A DNA stretch of 64,000 nucleotides from an uncultured candidate division Zixibacteria bacterium (GTDB lineage: Bacteria; Zixibacteria; MSB-5A5; RBG-16-43-9), in assembly GCA_963713865.1 (NCBI GenBank), contig OY970208.1, forward strand, positions 1,728,001 to 1,792,000. Direction: 5' to 3'. A program made the translations under genes and the position numbers. Below are positions 47,310-57,404 of this stretch, one piece after another. Each line of letters begins with the position of its first letter. The first letter of the stretch is position 1. The notes under the pieces were generated by a model. That model did no database searches. It was not told where the DNA came from and saw only the letters and a list, made by a program, of their open reading frames with translations.

Positions 47310-47615
47310 ATGTTAAATGAGAAGTCTATTAAGATCGGAAACGCTTTTCATAAGTATGCCGATTCTGGAGATAAATCCCATATTGAGAATTTCACTTTAG
47401 AAGAAATAGAGAATGCAATCATACAGTATGGGTTAGACAAAGGTTCCCCATTTTACATTGCAATGGAACGACGAATTAACGAATTAAAAGCAATTGAAAG
47501 CCAACGACAATTGAAACAAGAAAAATGGAAAGATAGGTTATATGGGTTCGTATTTGGTCTTCTGATTGGGTTAATTCTATATTTAATCAAATATTTATTA
47601 GAGAAAGGGAAATAA
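47310..47615 (+). CDS. Hypothetical protein with a C-terminal TM helix
   Basis: GGAG RBS; directly after the attC-like site; YGFVFGLLIGLILYLI. Confidence 0.65.
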   Translation: MLNEKSIKIGNAFHKYADSGDKSHIENFTLEEIENAIIQYGLDKGSPFYIAMERRINELKAIESQRQLKQEKWKDRLYGFVFGLLIGLILYLIKYLLEKGK

Positions 47616-47628
47616 AAGTATTAGTAGC

Positions 47629-47811
47629 TTAGAAGCTACGTGCTCCTGAAACTATCATTAAGATTTTAAACTTACACCCTACACTTCTCTTAAAAAGAGA
47701 GGGGGATTAAGGGGATGAGTTTAGAAGGTTGTCAGCCACCCTGAGTTTGTGCTTCGACAGACTCAGCACCCTGAGGTAATCGAAGGGTCGAAGGGTGGGT
47801 ATGGTTGACCT
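47629..47811 (+). repeat. ~185 bp composite direct repeat, left copy
   Basis: TTAGAAGCTACGTGCTCCTGAAACTATCAT ... CCACCCTGAGTTTGTGCTTCGACAGACTCAG ... GGTTGACCT; matches 50334-50518. Confidence 0.9.
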
Positions 47812-47995
47812 GCAAGCTGGAGACATACCCGTTGCCTTTCATAAACAAATTAAATTTTTCACAATTTAATATACACTATAATCAAGCATAATCACCTTGA
47901 CATCAAGGTTGAGCTGTGTAATATTATATAAAGAGCAAAAACCGATTCAGAGGGGGATTTATGACAGAAAGCTTAAAAAGATCAAGGGAGGATGT

Positions 47996-50167
47996 ATGAA
48001 AAATAAGACTATGATTAGTATACTCCTATTCATTGGTATTAGTCTCATTGCAGGTGAGGTTTTCTCTGAGACAAATCACCCGAACAAAGCTTATGACCTG
48101 CTCAAAAATCTTGAGACAGGATACGAACAGTTTGAGGAAATCGAGATTGGGGACAAAATAGTATATTTTTATCAAAGGGTGGTGGGCAATGCGATCGTGG
48201 AGAAAGATTTTATAGTTTACTACTTTAACAAAGATACTCAGGAACTCATAGCCAAAAATAGTCACTGGCGGGAAGACATTCCGGAAAATTTACCTGAGAT
48301 GATGGTGACGAAAGAACAAGCAGAAGCTGTGGTTGGCGGGGAGGTTCAATACTCTAAGCTATACTATATATCCCCGGAATCAGATGTTTTTCCAATCAAG
48401 CCAGCACCCCGAAATCCCTGCTGGGTCGTGAGAAGCATAGATAATGGTAACTTGACCGAGACAGTCGTTGATGCTGTGGATGGTAAAATATGGGGTAATG
48501 CTATTCCGCCACCCTACACCGGATTCTCGATGACAGGACCTTGGTATTTTGACCTCTGTAGCGGTTTTTGGGAGTCCTGGTATGAAAATGCTGCCGAGTG
48601 GTTCGATAGAATGGGATATTCCACAGAATCTACAGTATGGCCAACAGAGGAAAAGATTAAAAGCCATATTCAATCTAGTGAAACTGCAATGTTTTATGAG
48701 ATTGCTCACAGCGAGGGGAGAAGTGACCAATTTAAGAGCGGCTGCGTAGATGGAACCGATCCAGAATACACTTATGCCAGCGAGATCAAGACCTGGATTG
48801 CCGATTATCAAAAAATGCCGTTCGCTTTCCTGGCAAGCTGTTACGCGCTGTGCGACACAGGTGAGGGCACCTTATCACATGAGTTCAGGAAGGGCTCCAC
48901 TGAAAAAACGGTTACGCTGGGTTACTGTAATATGAGCGAGGAACAATGTGCTGATTGCTGGACATATTCTCTGTCCTGGCAAGATACGCTGTTCTTCTAC
49001 CTGAGTCAAGGCTGGACAGTGAAACAGGCATTTGATAAAGCTAATTTAGCATACCCTGCTTGCGCAATTCCGAATTGCATGCGATTCGCTGGAGATGTAA
49101 ATTTTGCGGTTATCCCTACAGTAGCGAGGGAACCGGTTGAATGCGGAGATACAATAACTCAAGACAAGACATTACACAATGACCTTTTAGATTGTGTGAG
49201 TCACGGCTTGATAATCAATGCTGACAGTATAACCATTGATTGTGATGGTCACCTGATCCAGGGAGACGAAGCTGGTATCGATTATGGAATTTATCTGAAC
49301 CACAGAGAGGGTATCACCATCAAGAACTGCAAGGTGCAAGGATTTGAGATAGGAATTAATCTGGATTCCAGTTGCAACAACAATCTGGAGAGAAATACCC
49401 TAAGGGATAACAGCTATGGAGTATATCTTGGCAATTCGCAGAATAATACCTTCCGGAACAATAAATTTATAGATAATGTGGTAAACGCCTATGAAGATTC
49501 TATCTCTAATAATAATGACTGGAATCCAAATAATAGCGGCAACTTCTGGTCTGACTGCTATTATAATCCTGGCTACCCGGATTATTATGAGATTTCCGGA
49601 CCAGGTGATGGGGTGGACCACTACCCCGATTGCCCAAATACTCCTCCCGGGCTATTTTCTCTCCTTTCACCTTCCGACAGCAGTTTAATCTTTTGTTTTC
49701 CCTTCTATCCCATGCCATACGTTCCCTGTGAGGTAACTTTTGACTGGGAAGATGCCGTAGACCCTGACCCATGGGATGATACCATAAGATATGATTTATA
49801 TATTAGCACTTCTTCAGTTTTCTCTCCCGATTCAACGACCATATATAATAGTCTTCTTAACAGCCAATATACTGATACCCTTGCCCTGGGAAGTTTTTTC
49901 TGGACAGTAAGGGCTTATGACAATCGTTCTGAAACATGGGCTAAAGATACGTTGAGCTTTTGCTTTTTTGAAATAGGTGATGCAAACTGCAATAACTCTT
50001 TATCGGTTTCTGATGTGGTCTACATAATAAACTATCTCTTCAAAAGCGGTCTTCCTCCTTGTGGTATGCAAGCGGCAGATGTTACTTGCGATGGTCGGGT
50101 AACTGTAAGCGACGTGATCTATTTGATTAATTATCTTTTCAAAGGTGGCCCACCGAATGGGTGTTGA
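47996..50167 (+). CDS. Secreted modular protein: PepSY-like region, possible clan-CD peptidase-like domain, NosD-like beta-helix, Ig-like domain, dockerin
   Basis: GGAGG RBS, signal peptide; VVDAVDGKI; FYEIAHS and FLASC; YGIYL/GINL repeats; two GD/ADxxCD dockerin repeats. Confidence 0.8.
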   Translation: MKNKTMISILLFIGISLIAGEVFSETNHPNKAYDLLKNLETGYEQFEEIEIGDKIVYFYQRVVGNAIVEKDFIVYYFNKDTQELIAKNSHWREDIPENLPEMMVTKEQAEAVVGGEVQYSKLYYISPESDVFPIKPAPRNPCWVVRSIDNGNLTETVVDAVDGKIWGNAIPPPYTGFSMTGPWYFDLCSGFWESWYENAAEWFDRMGYSTESTVWPTEEKIKSHIQSSETAMFYEIAHSEGRSDQFKSGCVDGTDPEYTYASEIKTWIADYQKMPFAFLASCYALCDTGEGTLSHEFRKGSTEKTVTLGYCNMSEEQCADCWTYSLSWQDTLFFYLSQGWTVKQAFDKANLAYPACAIPNCMRFAGDVNFAVIPTVAREPVECGDTITQDKTLHNDLLDCVSHGLIINADSITIDCDGHLIQGDEAGIDYGIYLNHREGITIKNCKVQGFEIGINLDSSCNNNLERNTLRDNSYGVYLGNSQNNTFRNNKFIDNVVNAYEDSISNNNDWNPNNSGNFWSDCYYNPGYPDYYEISGPGDGVDHYPDCPNTPPGLFSLLSPSDSSLIFCFPFYPMPYVPCEVTFDWEDAVDPDPWDDTIRYDLYISTSSVFSPDSTTIYNSLLNSQYTDTLALGSFFWTVRAYDNRSETWAKDTLSFCFFEIGDANCNNSLSVSDVVYIINYLFKSGLPPCGMQAADVTCDGRVTVSDVIYLINYLFKGGPPNGC

Positions 50168-50333
50168 GAGCACCCAGAAGCGATGAAAAGAGGCTGAATA
50201 TTCTCGCTTGGTGCCATCAGAAAAGTTCTGAACTCGTCCATCTGGGGACGCTTTGATTAATCAGGCAAAAAGCAATAGTCAAAAGGCTTGCAAAACTGGA
50301 GTGTAAAGATTTATCTTTACCATAGATAATATA

Positions 50334-50518
50334 TTAGAAGCTACGTGCTCCTGAAACTATCATAAAGGTTTTGAACTCACCCCTGTGTCCCCTCTCTTAA
50401 AAAGAGAGGGAGAATAAGGGGGTGAGTTTAGAATGCTGTCAACCACCCTGAGTTTGTGCTTCGACAGACTCAGCACCCTGAGGTAATCGAAGGGTCGAAG
50501 GGTGGGTATGGTTGACCT
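50334..50518 (+). repeat. ~185 bp composite direct repeat, right copy
   Basis: Matches 47629-47811; 5' 30 nt and 3' ~75 nt identical. Confidence 0.9.
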
Positions 50519-50554
50519 ACGACTCAAATAAATCAGCCATTTAAGGAGATTCTT

Positions 50555-51307
50555 ATGCACACCACAGGAAACACTATCTTAATTACCGGAGGAGCAACCG
50601 GCATTGGATTTGCTCTGGCAGAAGCTTTTCTCCTAAAAGGAAACGAAGTTCTCATTTGCGGTAGACGGGAAGATAAGCTGGTTGAAGCTAAAAACAAATT
50701 GCCTAAACTCCATACCAGAAGATGTGACCTTGCTGAGACAGAAGATCGAAAGCGTTTATTGGATTGGGCGGTCACGAATTTCAGGAGCCTGAACATCCTG
50801 ATCAACAATGCAGGTATTCAAAGGGAGATCGATTTCGAAAAGGGAACAGCTGATTTGCTAAGCGGGGAAAACGAAATCGAAATAAACCTGCAGGCTCCGG
50901 TTCATCTTTCTGCATTATTTATTCCTCATTTAATGAAACAGAAAGAAGCAGCCATTGTGAACATCTCCTCCGGACTTGGTTTCGTTCCCCTGGCGATTAT
51001 GCCGGTGTATTGTGCTACAAAAGCAGCAATACATTCTTTCAGCTTATCATTGAGACACCAGCTCAGGGATACATCCATAAAAGTATTCGAAATTATCCCT
51101 CCTACAACGGACACAGAGCTTGACAGGGGAGCACGGGATAAAAGAGGCCAGGCAGATCGGGGAATAAAGCCTGAAGTAGTTGCGGAAGCAGCTATCGAAG
51201 CAATAGACAAGGATAACTATGAGACTGCAGTTGGTCAGGCACAATTCTTACGCGATAGTTCGAGAAAAGAGCCAGAACGGGTGTTTCAGATCATAAATGC
51301 GAGATAG
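50555..51307 (+). CDS. Short-chain dehydrogenase (DltE-like)
   Basis: TGGATGIG, NNAG, SSGL, YCATK. Confidence 0.92.
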   Translation: MHTTGNTILITGGATGIGFALAEAFLLKGNEVLICGRREDKLVEAKNKLPKLHTRRCDLAETEDRKRLLDWAVTNFRSLNILINNAGIQREIDFEKGTADLLSGENEIEINLQAPVHLSALFIPHLMKQKEAAIVNISSGLGFVPLAIMPVYCATKAAIHSFSLSLRHQLRDTSIKVFEIIPPTTDTELDRGARDKRGQADRGIKPEVVAEAAIEAIDKDNYETAVGQAQFLRDSSRKEPERVFQIINAR

Positions 51308-51460
51308 TCAATCGTAGTTTCTGGCACTATTAAGGTTTGAACTCACCCCCATACCCTTCTCTTTAAAAGAGAGGGGGATTAAGGGGGTGAGTTTATCAGC
51401 GGTAGGTCAGGCGTTCAGGGCACTCGACCTGCGAGGCTTAATCATCAGGAAAGGATAAAT

Positions 51461-51739
51461 ATGAACATGATGCACGTTAACGGCAAGAACAAAGGGCATA
51501 TCGTCCTCTATACGCTGAGCACTTGCGGGTGGTGCAAGAAGACCAAACGTCTTCTCAACGAGATGGGGGTCGAATATTATTATCACGATGTCGACCTTCT
51601 GGAAGGCAAGAGTAAAGAAAAAACGCTGGAGGAGATAAGCCGCTGGAATCCCGCGTGTACTTTCCCCACCCTGGTGATTAACGATAAATGCATCGTTGGC
51701 TACCAGGAACAGGAGATCAAGGAGACGATTGGATTATGA
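51461..51739 (+). CDS. Glutaredoxin-family protein
   Basis: CGWC, TFP, IVGY. Confidence 0.88.
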   Translation: MNMMHVNGKNKGHIVLYTLSTCGWCKKTKRLLNEMGVEYYYHDVDLLEGKSKEKTLEEISRWNPACTFPTLVINDKCIVGYQEQEIKETIGL

Positions 51740-52248
51740 ATGATAAAATAGAAGTTACCGAAGAAGAAGTAGAAAAGCTATACAAAAGGCTGAATCGGGA
51801 AGCCGAGACATCCGGGTACCATCTCAATACGGATGCGGAACATATCAGGGAGCTTGTCAGGGGTTTGCTCGTAAACGAGAAAAGGTATGGATACTGGTCC
51901 TGTCCATGCAGGCTGGCGTCAGGAAGCAAAGAGGGAGACCTCGATATAATCTGCCCTTGCGATTATAGGGACCAGGACCTGAATGAGTACGGCACCTGCT
52001 ATTGTGCCCTTTACGTCTCACAGGCAGTTTTAAAAGGGGAGAAAAAGTTAGGGCCAATACCTGAAAGGCGTCCATTCTTAGATGAAAGGAAGAAAGCCCG
52101 TTTCAAGCCTAAGGTGGTAAACATCCCTTCCCTTGCCCTGCCGGTGTGGAGATGTAAGGTCTGCGGCTATTTATGTGCCAGAGAGGAGCCGCCAGAGGTA
52201 TGCCCTGTATGCAAGGCAAAAAAAGAACGTTTTGAGCAGTTCATGTAA
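51736..52248 (+). CDS. Ferredoxin-thioredoxin reductase catalytic domain fused to a rubredoxin-like domain
   Basis: [20 protein letters not shown]...CPVC. Confidence 0.9.
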   Translation: MNDKIEVTEEEVEKLYKRLNREAETSGYHLNTDAEHIRELVRGLLVNEKRYGYWSCPCRLASGSKEGDLDIICPCDYRDQDLNEYGTCYCALYVSQAVLKGEKKLGPIPERRPFLDERKKARFKPKVVNIPSLALPVWRCKVCGYLCAREEPPEVCPVCKAKKERFEQFM

Positions 52249-52370
52249 GTAATAGGTCAGGAGCTTTGAGCTCCCAGCCTATTCATTTGGCAGGTGTACA
52301 TAGAGTAACTGCTCGATGAGGATAATCTGTCAGTGTATTTAAGTATAGCCTTTTCCAGGAGGTGATTGAC

Positions 52371-52697
52371 ATGGCTTTCAAGGCAGTGTTTCTTGCTCAC
52401 GTTCCTGATGCGGACCCGGAGAAACATAGGTGCGTGATTGAAACCGGCATGTATAAGCTCTTCTCTGTTCTGGTGAAAAACCATAACCAGGCAATAGAGA
52501 TCTGCAAGCAACTGGTCAAAGAGGAAGGTATTCACTCAATCATCCTTTGTCCCGGAAACACACACAAAGATATTGCAGAGATATCAAAAGCAGTAGGCAG
52601 AGACGTCTCCGTCTCGGTGGCAAGAGGAGACAGTCCGAGCATGAGGACTGCTCAGAAAATAATGGAGAGGGAAGGATGGTTTTCAGGACGACCGTAA
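52371..52697 (+). CDS. Small conserved protein (DUF6506-like)
   Basis: AGGAGG RBS; PDADPEKHR, EGIHSIILCPG. Confidence 0.7.
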   Translation: MAFKAVFLAHVPDADPEKHRCVIETGMYKLFSVLVKNHNQAIEICKQLVKEEGIHSIILCPGNTHKDIAEISKAVGRDVSVSVARGDSPSMRTAQKIMEREGWFSGRP

Positions 52698-52775
52698 GAA
52701 TAATGGGTCATGAGCCTGAGATTCTGACACTATTCGTTTGTTATGTGCGCAAGGCACCCGAATTACGAGTCTATA

Positions 52776-53786
52776 ATGGGAAGCGAAAATATGTTTGCCA
52801 TTGAAGTGCAAGGGCTTGTTAAGATTTACGATACCATACTAAGGGCTCTGGATGGGGTCGATTTATCCGTCAAGACCGGCGATGTCTTCGCGCTGTTAGG
52901 TCCCAATGGAGCTGGCAAAACCACGCTTATCCGAATCCTGACCACCCAGCTTAGACCCTCGGCGGGCAAGGCGTCTATTTTTGGACTGGATGTTGTGAAG
53001 CGGGATGCTGAGATCCGAAAAGTAATGAGCTACGTGCCCCAGGAGATGAGCGTGTGGACGGATATCAGCGGTTTTGAGAATCTGCTGATCTATTCCAAGA
53101 TTTATGGCCTACCTTCCGGCCAGAGGAAGAAAGTGGTCCAAGAGGCTCTGGAAAGCATGGGCTTAAATGAAGTGGCGAACTTACTGGTCCGAACCTATTC
53201 CGGGGGCATGATCCGCAGGCTCGAGGTCGCCTGTGCGCTGTTGATCAAGCCCAAAATGATGTTTTTAGACGAGCCGACCATCGGCCTGGACCCCGCAGCC
53301 CGGAAAGCCGTGTGGGAGAAGATCCTGTCCTTCAAGAATGAGATCGGGACTACTGTGTTTTTCAATACCCATTACATGGACGAGGCAGATCTTTACTCCG
53401 ACGGGATCGCAATCATCGACCGGGGCAAAATCGTAACCTCCGGTACCGCTGCCGAGCTTAAGGGTTCTATCCGCCGGGATGTGATCCATATCAGTGCAGG
53501 GGAGGGGAGCCTGGGGGAGGGGATTATAAGTAAAATTCGGGGTTTGGGCTTTGTCAACGACGTGATGGTCAATAGCTCTGAACTTACAATCATGGTCGGA
53601 GATGCCGAGACAGCGCTGCCTGGTATCCTCGAAGCTTTGCGAATCGATAACGTCGTCGTGAAAAAGATATCGGCCACGAAACCGACTTTGGACGACGTGT
53701 TTTTAAAATATGCCGGAACTACATTTTTACCCATTGCTGGTACCAGCGATGTCAGGCAGGTCCGGCGCAGGATAAAGAGAGGATGA
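52776..53786 (+). CDS. ABC-2 exporter ATP-binding protein (DrrA-like)
   Basis: GPNGAGKTT, YSGGM, LDEPT, THYMDEA, PTLDDVF. Confidence 0.92.
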   Translation: MGSENMFAIEVQGLVKIYDTILRALDGVDLSVKTGDVFALLGPNGAGKTTLIRILTTQLRPSAGKASIFGLDVVKRDAEIRKVMSYVPQEMSVWTDISGFENLLIYSKIYGLPSGQRKKVVQEALESMGLNEVANLLVRTYSGGMIRRLEVACALLIKPKMMFLDEPTIGLDPAARKAVWEKILSFKNEIGTTVFFNTHYMDEADLYSDGIAIIDRGKIVTSGTAAELKGSIRRDVIHISAGEGSLGEGIISKIRGLGFVNDVMVNSSELTIMVGDAETALPGILEALRIDNVVVKKISATKPTLDDVFLKYAGTTFLPIAGTSDVRQVRRRIKRG

Positions 53787-53790
53787 GCAT

Positions 53791-54561
53791 ATGATGATCA
53801 AGGATTCGATTAGAGAAATGTTTGCGATGATGGAGCTTGAGCTCCGCAGGATCAGGCACGACCGGACAGAGATTTACACCCGGGCCATTCAGCCGATCCT
53901 CTGGCTGGTGGTCTACGGGACGATTATGAGCAGCGTTCGGGCTATTCCGACCAGCGGGATACCGTACTTGGATTACATCACCCCGGGTGTGCTGCTACAG
54001 TCGACAGTCTTCGTCTCGGTCTTCTACGGCTTGACGATCGTATGGGAAAGGGAAACGGGTATTCTGAAGAAGTTGCTTACGGCGCCCGTCCCAAGGTATG
54101 CTACGGTAATCGGTAAGTGCATCGCTTCGGGAGTCCGGGCTGTTTTTCAAGCTCTGATCATCGTACCGGTGGCGATGCTGATCGGAGTGAGATTCGTCCT
54201 CAATCCATTGTACCTTTTTACGGCACTACTTCTCCTGTTTTTGATTTCGGGTGGGTTTGCTGCCATCTCCATCCTGGTAGCGTCTTTCATGAAGACCCGG
54301 GAGCGGTTTATGGGAATCGGCCAGGCCCTGATCATGCCCCTGTTCTTCAGCAGCAGCGCGTTGTACCCGGTCAAAATGATGCCACCGCTTTTGCAAACCA
54401 TCGCTATCCTCAACCCCTTGACGTATGCTGTGGATGCGGTGAGGGGCCTGTCGATCACCGGAGACGTAAGCCATCTCCTCAGGGACAGCGCTGCCCTGGT
54501 TATATTCGATGTTGTTATGTTCATCGTCGCTTCGATCAGCTTCAGGAAAATCATCGAATGA
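53791..54561 (+). CDS. ABC-2 exporter permease (DrrB-like)
   Basis: QPILWL, YLDYITPG, WERETG, NPLTYAVDA. Confidence 0.9.
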   Translation: MMIKDSIREMFAMMELELRRIRHDRTEIYTRAIQPILWLVVYGTIMSSVRAIPTSGIPYLDYITPGVLLQSTVFVSVFYGLTIVWERETGILKKLLTAPVPRYATVIGKCIASGVRAVFQALIIVPVAMLIGVRFVLNPLYLFTALLLLFLISGGFAAISILVASFMKTRERFMGIGQALIMPLFFSSSALYPVKMMPPLLQTIAILNPLTYAVDAVRGLSITGDVSHLLRDSAALVIFDVVMFIVASISFRKIIE

Positions 54562-54664
54562 GAGCAGTAGATAAGGATTCCATACCCCTTCAACTATTCA
54601 TTTATGAGGTGCGTAACACCATTAATCTACGAGGCTGGTCAGTAACAGGAAGCGGTTAACAACG

Positions 54665-55330
54665 ATGGAAAATGTGCTTGTTTCATGGAGCGGTGGAAAG
54701 GACGGTGCTTTTGCACTCTATGAAATTCTTGAGGGTCAAAAGTACCGAATCGCTGCTCTGCTCACAACCGTGACCGAAGATTATGACCGCATCAGTATGC
54801 ACGGTGTCCAGCGCATTTTGCTCGAACGACAAGTTGATTCTTTGGGTTTTCCCCTTGAAGAAGTGTTCATTTCAAAGAATGCGTCTAACGAAGAGTATGA
54901 ATCGAAAATGGTGCGGGTGCTTACGCGCTATAAGGAAGCAGGAGTTACTTCAGTTGTTTTTGGAGACATCTTCCTGGAAGACTTAAGAGAATATCGGGAA
55001 AGTAACCTTGCAAAGATAGGGATGAAAGGTATCTTTCCCTTATGGAAAAAAGACACTCGGGAATTAGCCCATTCTCTCATACTACTAGGCTTCAAAGCAG
55101 TTACCACTTGCGTTGACACCAATGCTCTGGACAGGGGATTTGTTGGTAAAGTGATTGATGAGCAATTTTTGTCTGAACTGCCTGTGATGGTTGACCCGTG
55201 CGGCGAAAATGGCGAGTATCACTCTTTTGTCTACGATGGACCGATTTTCAAAAAGAGAATATCCTATACGCCTGGGGGAATTGTCTTAAGGGAAAACCGC
55301 TTTTGCTATTGTGATTTGATCCCGGAATAG
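54665..55330 (+). CDS. Dph6/MJ0570-related PP-loop ATPase
   Basis: SWSGGKD, FGDIFL, DPCGENGEYHSFV. Confidence 0.88.
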   Translation: MENVLVSWSGGKDGAFALYEILEGQKYRIAALLTTVTEDYDRISMHGVQRILLERQVDSLGFPLEEVFISKNASNEEYESKMVRVLTRYKEAGVTSVVFGDIFLEDLREYRESNLAKIGMKGIFPLWKKDTRELAHSLILLGFKAVTTCVDTNALDRGFVGKVIDEQFLSELPVMVDPCGENGEYHSFVYDGPIFKKRISYTPGGIVLRENRFCYCDLIPE

Positions 55331-55418
55331 GGAGCAGTAGCAGGGGTATTATAGGATAGATATAAACAGTGTCAGCCCCAGGGAAAAAGAACTCGTATAA
55401 GTTGATATAAGAGAATTT

Positions 55419-56624
55419 GTGATCAAACCGTATCCTCTATCGACTGAGAAAACAGACGTTATCATCATTGGAGCTGGCGCGTCAGGGCTAATGTGCTCAA
55501 TCGAAGCTGGCAAGCGTCACCGTAAGGTGCTCGTTTTTGATCATGCAAAAAAGCCGGGGCAAAAAATTTTGATGTCCGGCGGCGGGCGCTGCAATTTTAC
55601 GAATTACCATATAAATGCCGACAACTATATTTCCCATAATCTACATTTCTGCAAGTCAGCACTCAGCCGCTACACTCAATGGGATTTTTTGACATTGGTG
55701 CAGAAGCATCATATCGCCTTTAGTGAGAAAGCCCATGGACAACTCTTCTGTGATGGCAGCTCCCGTGACATTCTGAACATGCTGTTATCCGAGTGCGAAC
55801 AGGCGGGGGTCTCTTTTCAGGTAAATTCGAAAATTGAAAAGATCGAACGGCTGGGTGAGCATCATTTCAAAGTATACAGCAGTCGGGGCAATTATACCTG
55901 CCAGTCGTTGGTCGTTGCTACGGGTGGACTATCCATGCCGGCGATAGGCGCAAGTCCTTTGGGGTATGAAATTGCCGAGCTGTTTCATATCAAGGTGTGG
56001 CCGCTACGTGCCGGTTTAGTTCCCTTCACTCTTCATCCGAAGGATAAAGAAAAACTATCAACCTTATCTGGTATTGCGGTTGATGCCGTGGTCAGTAATA
56101 AACGGCAAAGTTTTTATGATAACATCTTGTTTACGCACCGGGGTTTGAGCGGTTCTGCCATCCTGCAAATGTCATCATATTGGCAACCCAGCGAGGAGCT
56201 TACCATAAATCTGTTACCAGAGATTGATCTGGTCAATGTACTGAAAGAACAGCAGCAACAGCACCCGCAGCGGAAGGTGAAATCAGTGTTGGCGGAATAT
56301 TTACCTAAACGTCTTGTGGCGATAATGATAATGAGTGATCTTGCAGAAAGCCCATTACGGAAAATCTCTCATCACCAATTTAAGGAAATTTCAGCGCAGT
56401 TCCAGCAATGGACCATCAAACCAGGCGGCACCGAGGGTTACCGAACCGCGGAGGTGACTTTGGGGGGAGTAGATTGTAATGCGATTTCATCCAAAACCAT
56501 GGAAACTCATCCGGTGGCAGGGCTGTTTTTTACTGGTGAAGTACTGGATGTGAGTGGTTGGCTGGGTGGTTATAATCTCCAATGGGCATGGTCATCGGGC
56601 TGGTGTGCTGGACAGTATGTTTAG
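55419..56624 (+). CDS. HI0933/YhiN-family flavoprotein
   Basis: GAGASG, KILMSGGGRCNFTN, TLGGV, GGYNLQWAWSSG. Confidence 0.92.
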   Translation: MIKPYPLSTEKTDVIIIGAGASGLMCSIEAGKRHRKVLVFDHAKKPGQKILMSGGGRCNFTNYHINADNYISHNLHFCKSALSRYTQWDFLTLVQKHHIAFSEKAHGQLFCDGSSRDILNMLLSECEQAGVSFQVNSKIEKIERLGEHHFKVYSSRGNYTCQSLVVATGGLSMPAIGASPLGYEIAELFHIKVWPLRAGLVPFTLHPKDKEKLSTLSGIAVDAVVSNKRQSFYDNILFTHRGLSGSAILQMSSYWQPSEELTINLLPEIDLVNVLKEQQQQHPQRKVKSVLAEYLPKRLVAIMIMSDLAESPLRKISHHQFKEISAQFQQWTIKPGGTEGYRTAEVTLGGVDCNAISSKTMETHPVAGLFFTGEVLDVSGWLGGYNLQWAWSSGWCAGQYV

Positions 56625-56672
56625 CGCATTAGGGTAAATACGTTGTTTCTTATCTTCATGGAGGATTAAAAG

Positions 56673-57311
56673 ATGGTAAAGAGCAATCTAAATATCGCAC
56701 GTATTTTCTGTATCGGTCGGAATTATGTTAATCACGTTCAGGAGATGAAAAATATTATACCGACCAAACCGGTTATTTTTATCAAACCAGCATCATGTCT
56801 TGTCGGACCAGGTGAAAAAATTCATTTCCCCAAACATGGAACCCAGCTTCACCACGAGGTTGAGATAGTGGTGCAAGTCGGTAGCGAGGGAAGGGTAGTG
56901 AGGGAAGAAGAGGCGCTTTCCTTTATCTGTTCTATTACCGTTGGTCTGGATTTGACCCTTCGGGATATTCAAGAAGACCTGAAGAAAAAGGGCTTACCGT
57001 GGGAAATTGCCAAGGCTTTTGAACAAAGCGCTCCCATAGGTAATTTCGTCCCGTATGATCAGTCAGTTGACTTGAAAAATATCTTATTTGGATGCAAGGT
57101 CAACGGAATAGAGAGACAGAGAGGAAATACCGGTGAGATGATATTCAGCATCGGGAAACTTTTGGTAGAATTGAGTAAGATCTGGATGCTTCACCCTGGA
57201 GACTTGATATATACGGGCACTCCCTCAGGAGTCGGTCCGCTCAAGATAGGGGATTCGATTGAAATTGAAAGTGACCTAACTGGATCATTCTCGTGGAGCA
57301 TTATTGAGTGA
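56673..57311 (+). CDS. Fumarylacetoacetate hydrolase family protein
   Basis: CIGRNY..H, FIKP, HHEVE, DLTLRD, TGTPSGVG. Confidence 0.92.
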   Translation: MVKSNLNIARIFCIGRNYVNHVQEMKNIIPTKPVIFIKPASCLVGPGEKIHFPKHGTQLHHEVEIVVQVGSEGRVVREEEALSFICSITVGLDLTLRDIQEDLKKKGLPWEIAKAFEQSAPIGNFVPYDQSVDLKNILFGCKVNGIERQRGNTGEMIFSIGKLLVELSKIWMLHPGDLIYTGTPSGVGPLKIGDSIEIESDLTGSFSWSIIE

Positions 57312-57404
57312 GATAGAATTAGTAGAAAGTAGACAGTAGGACAGGTGGGTAGGGTACCTGACCTACTTATTCGACAACCAGATAATCAATAGATAACTAA
57401 AATA

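Noticed and set aside
54117-54659. 180-aa alternative-frame ORF and similar antisense ORFs in the track
   Set aside because: Shadows of well-supported genes in GC-richer DNA; no motifs or RBS.
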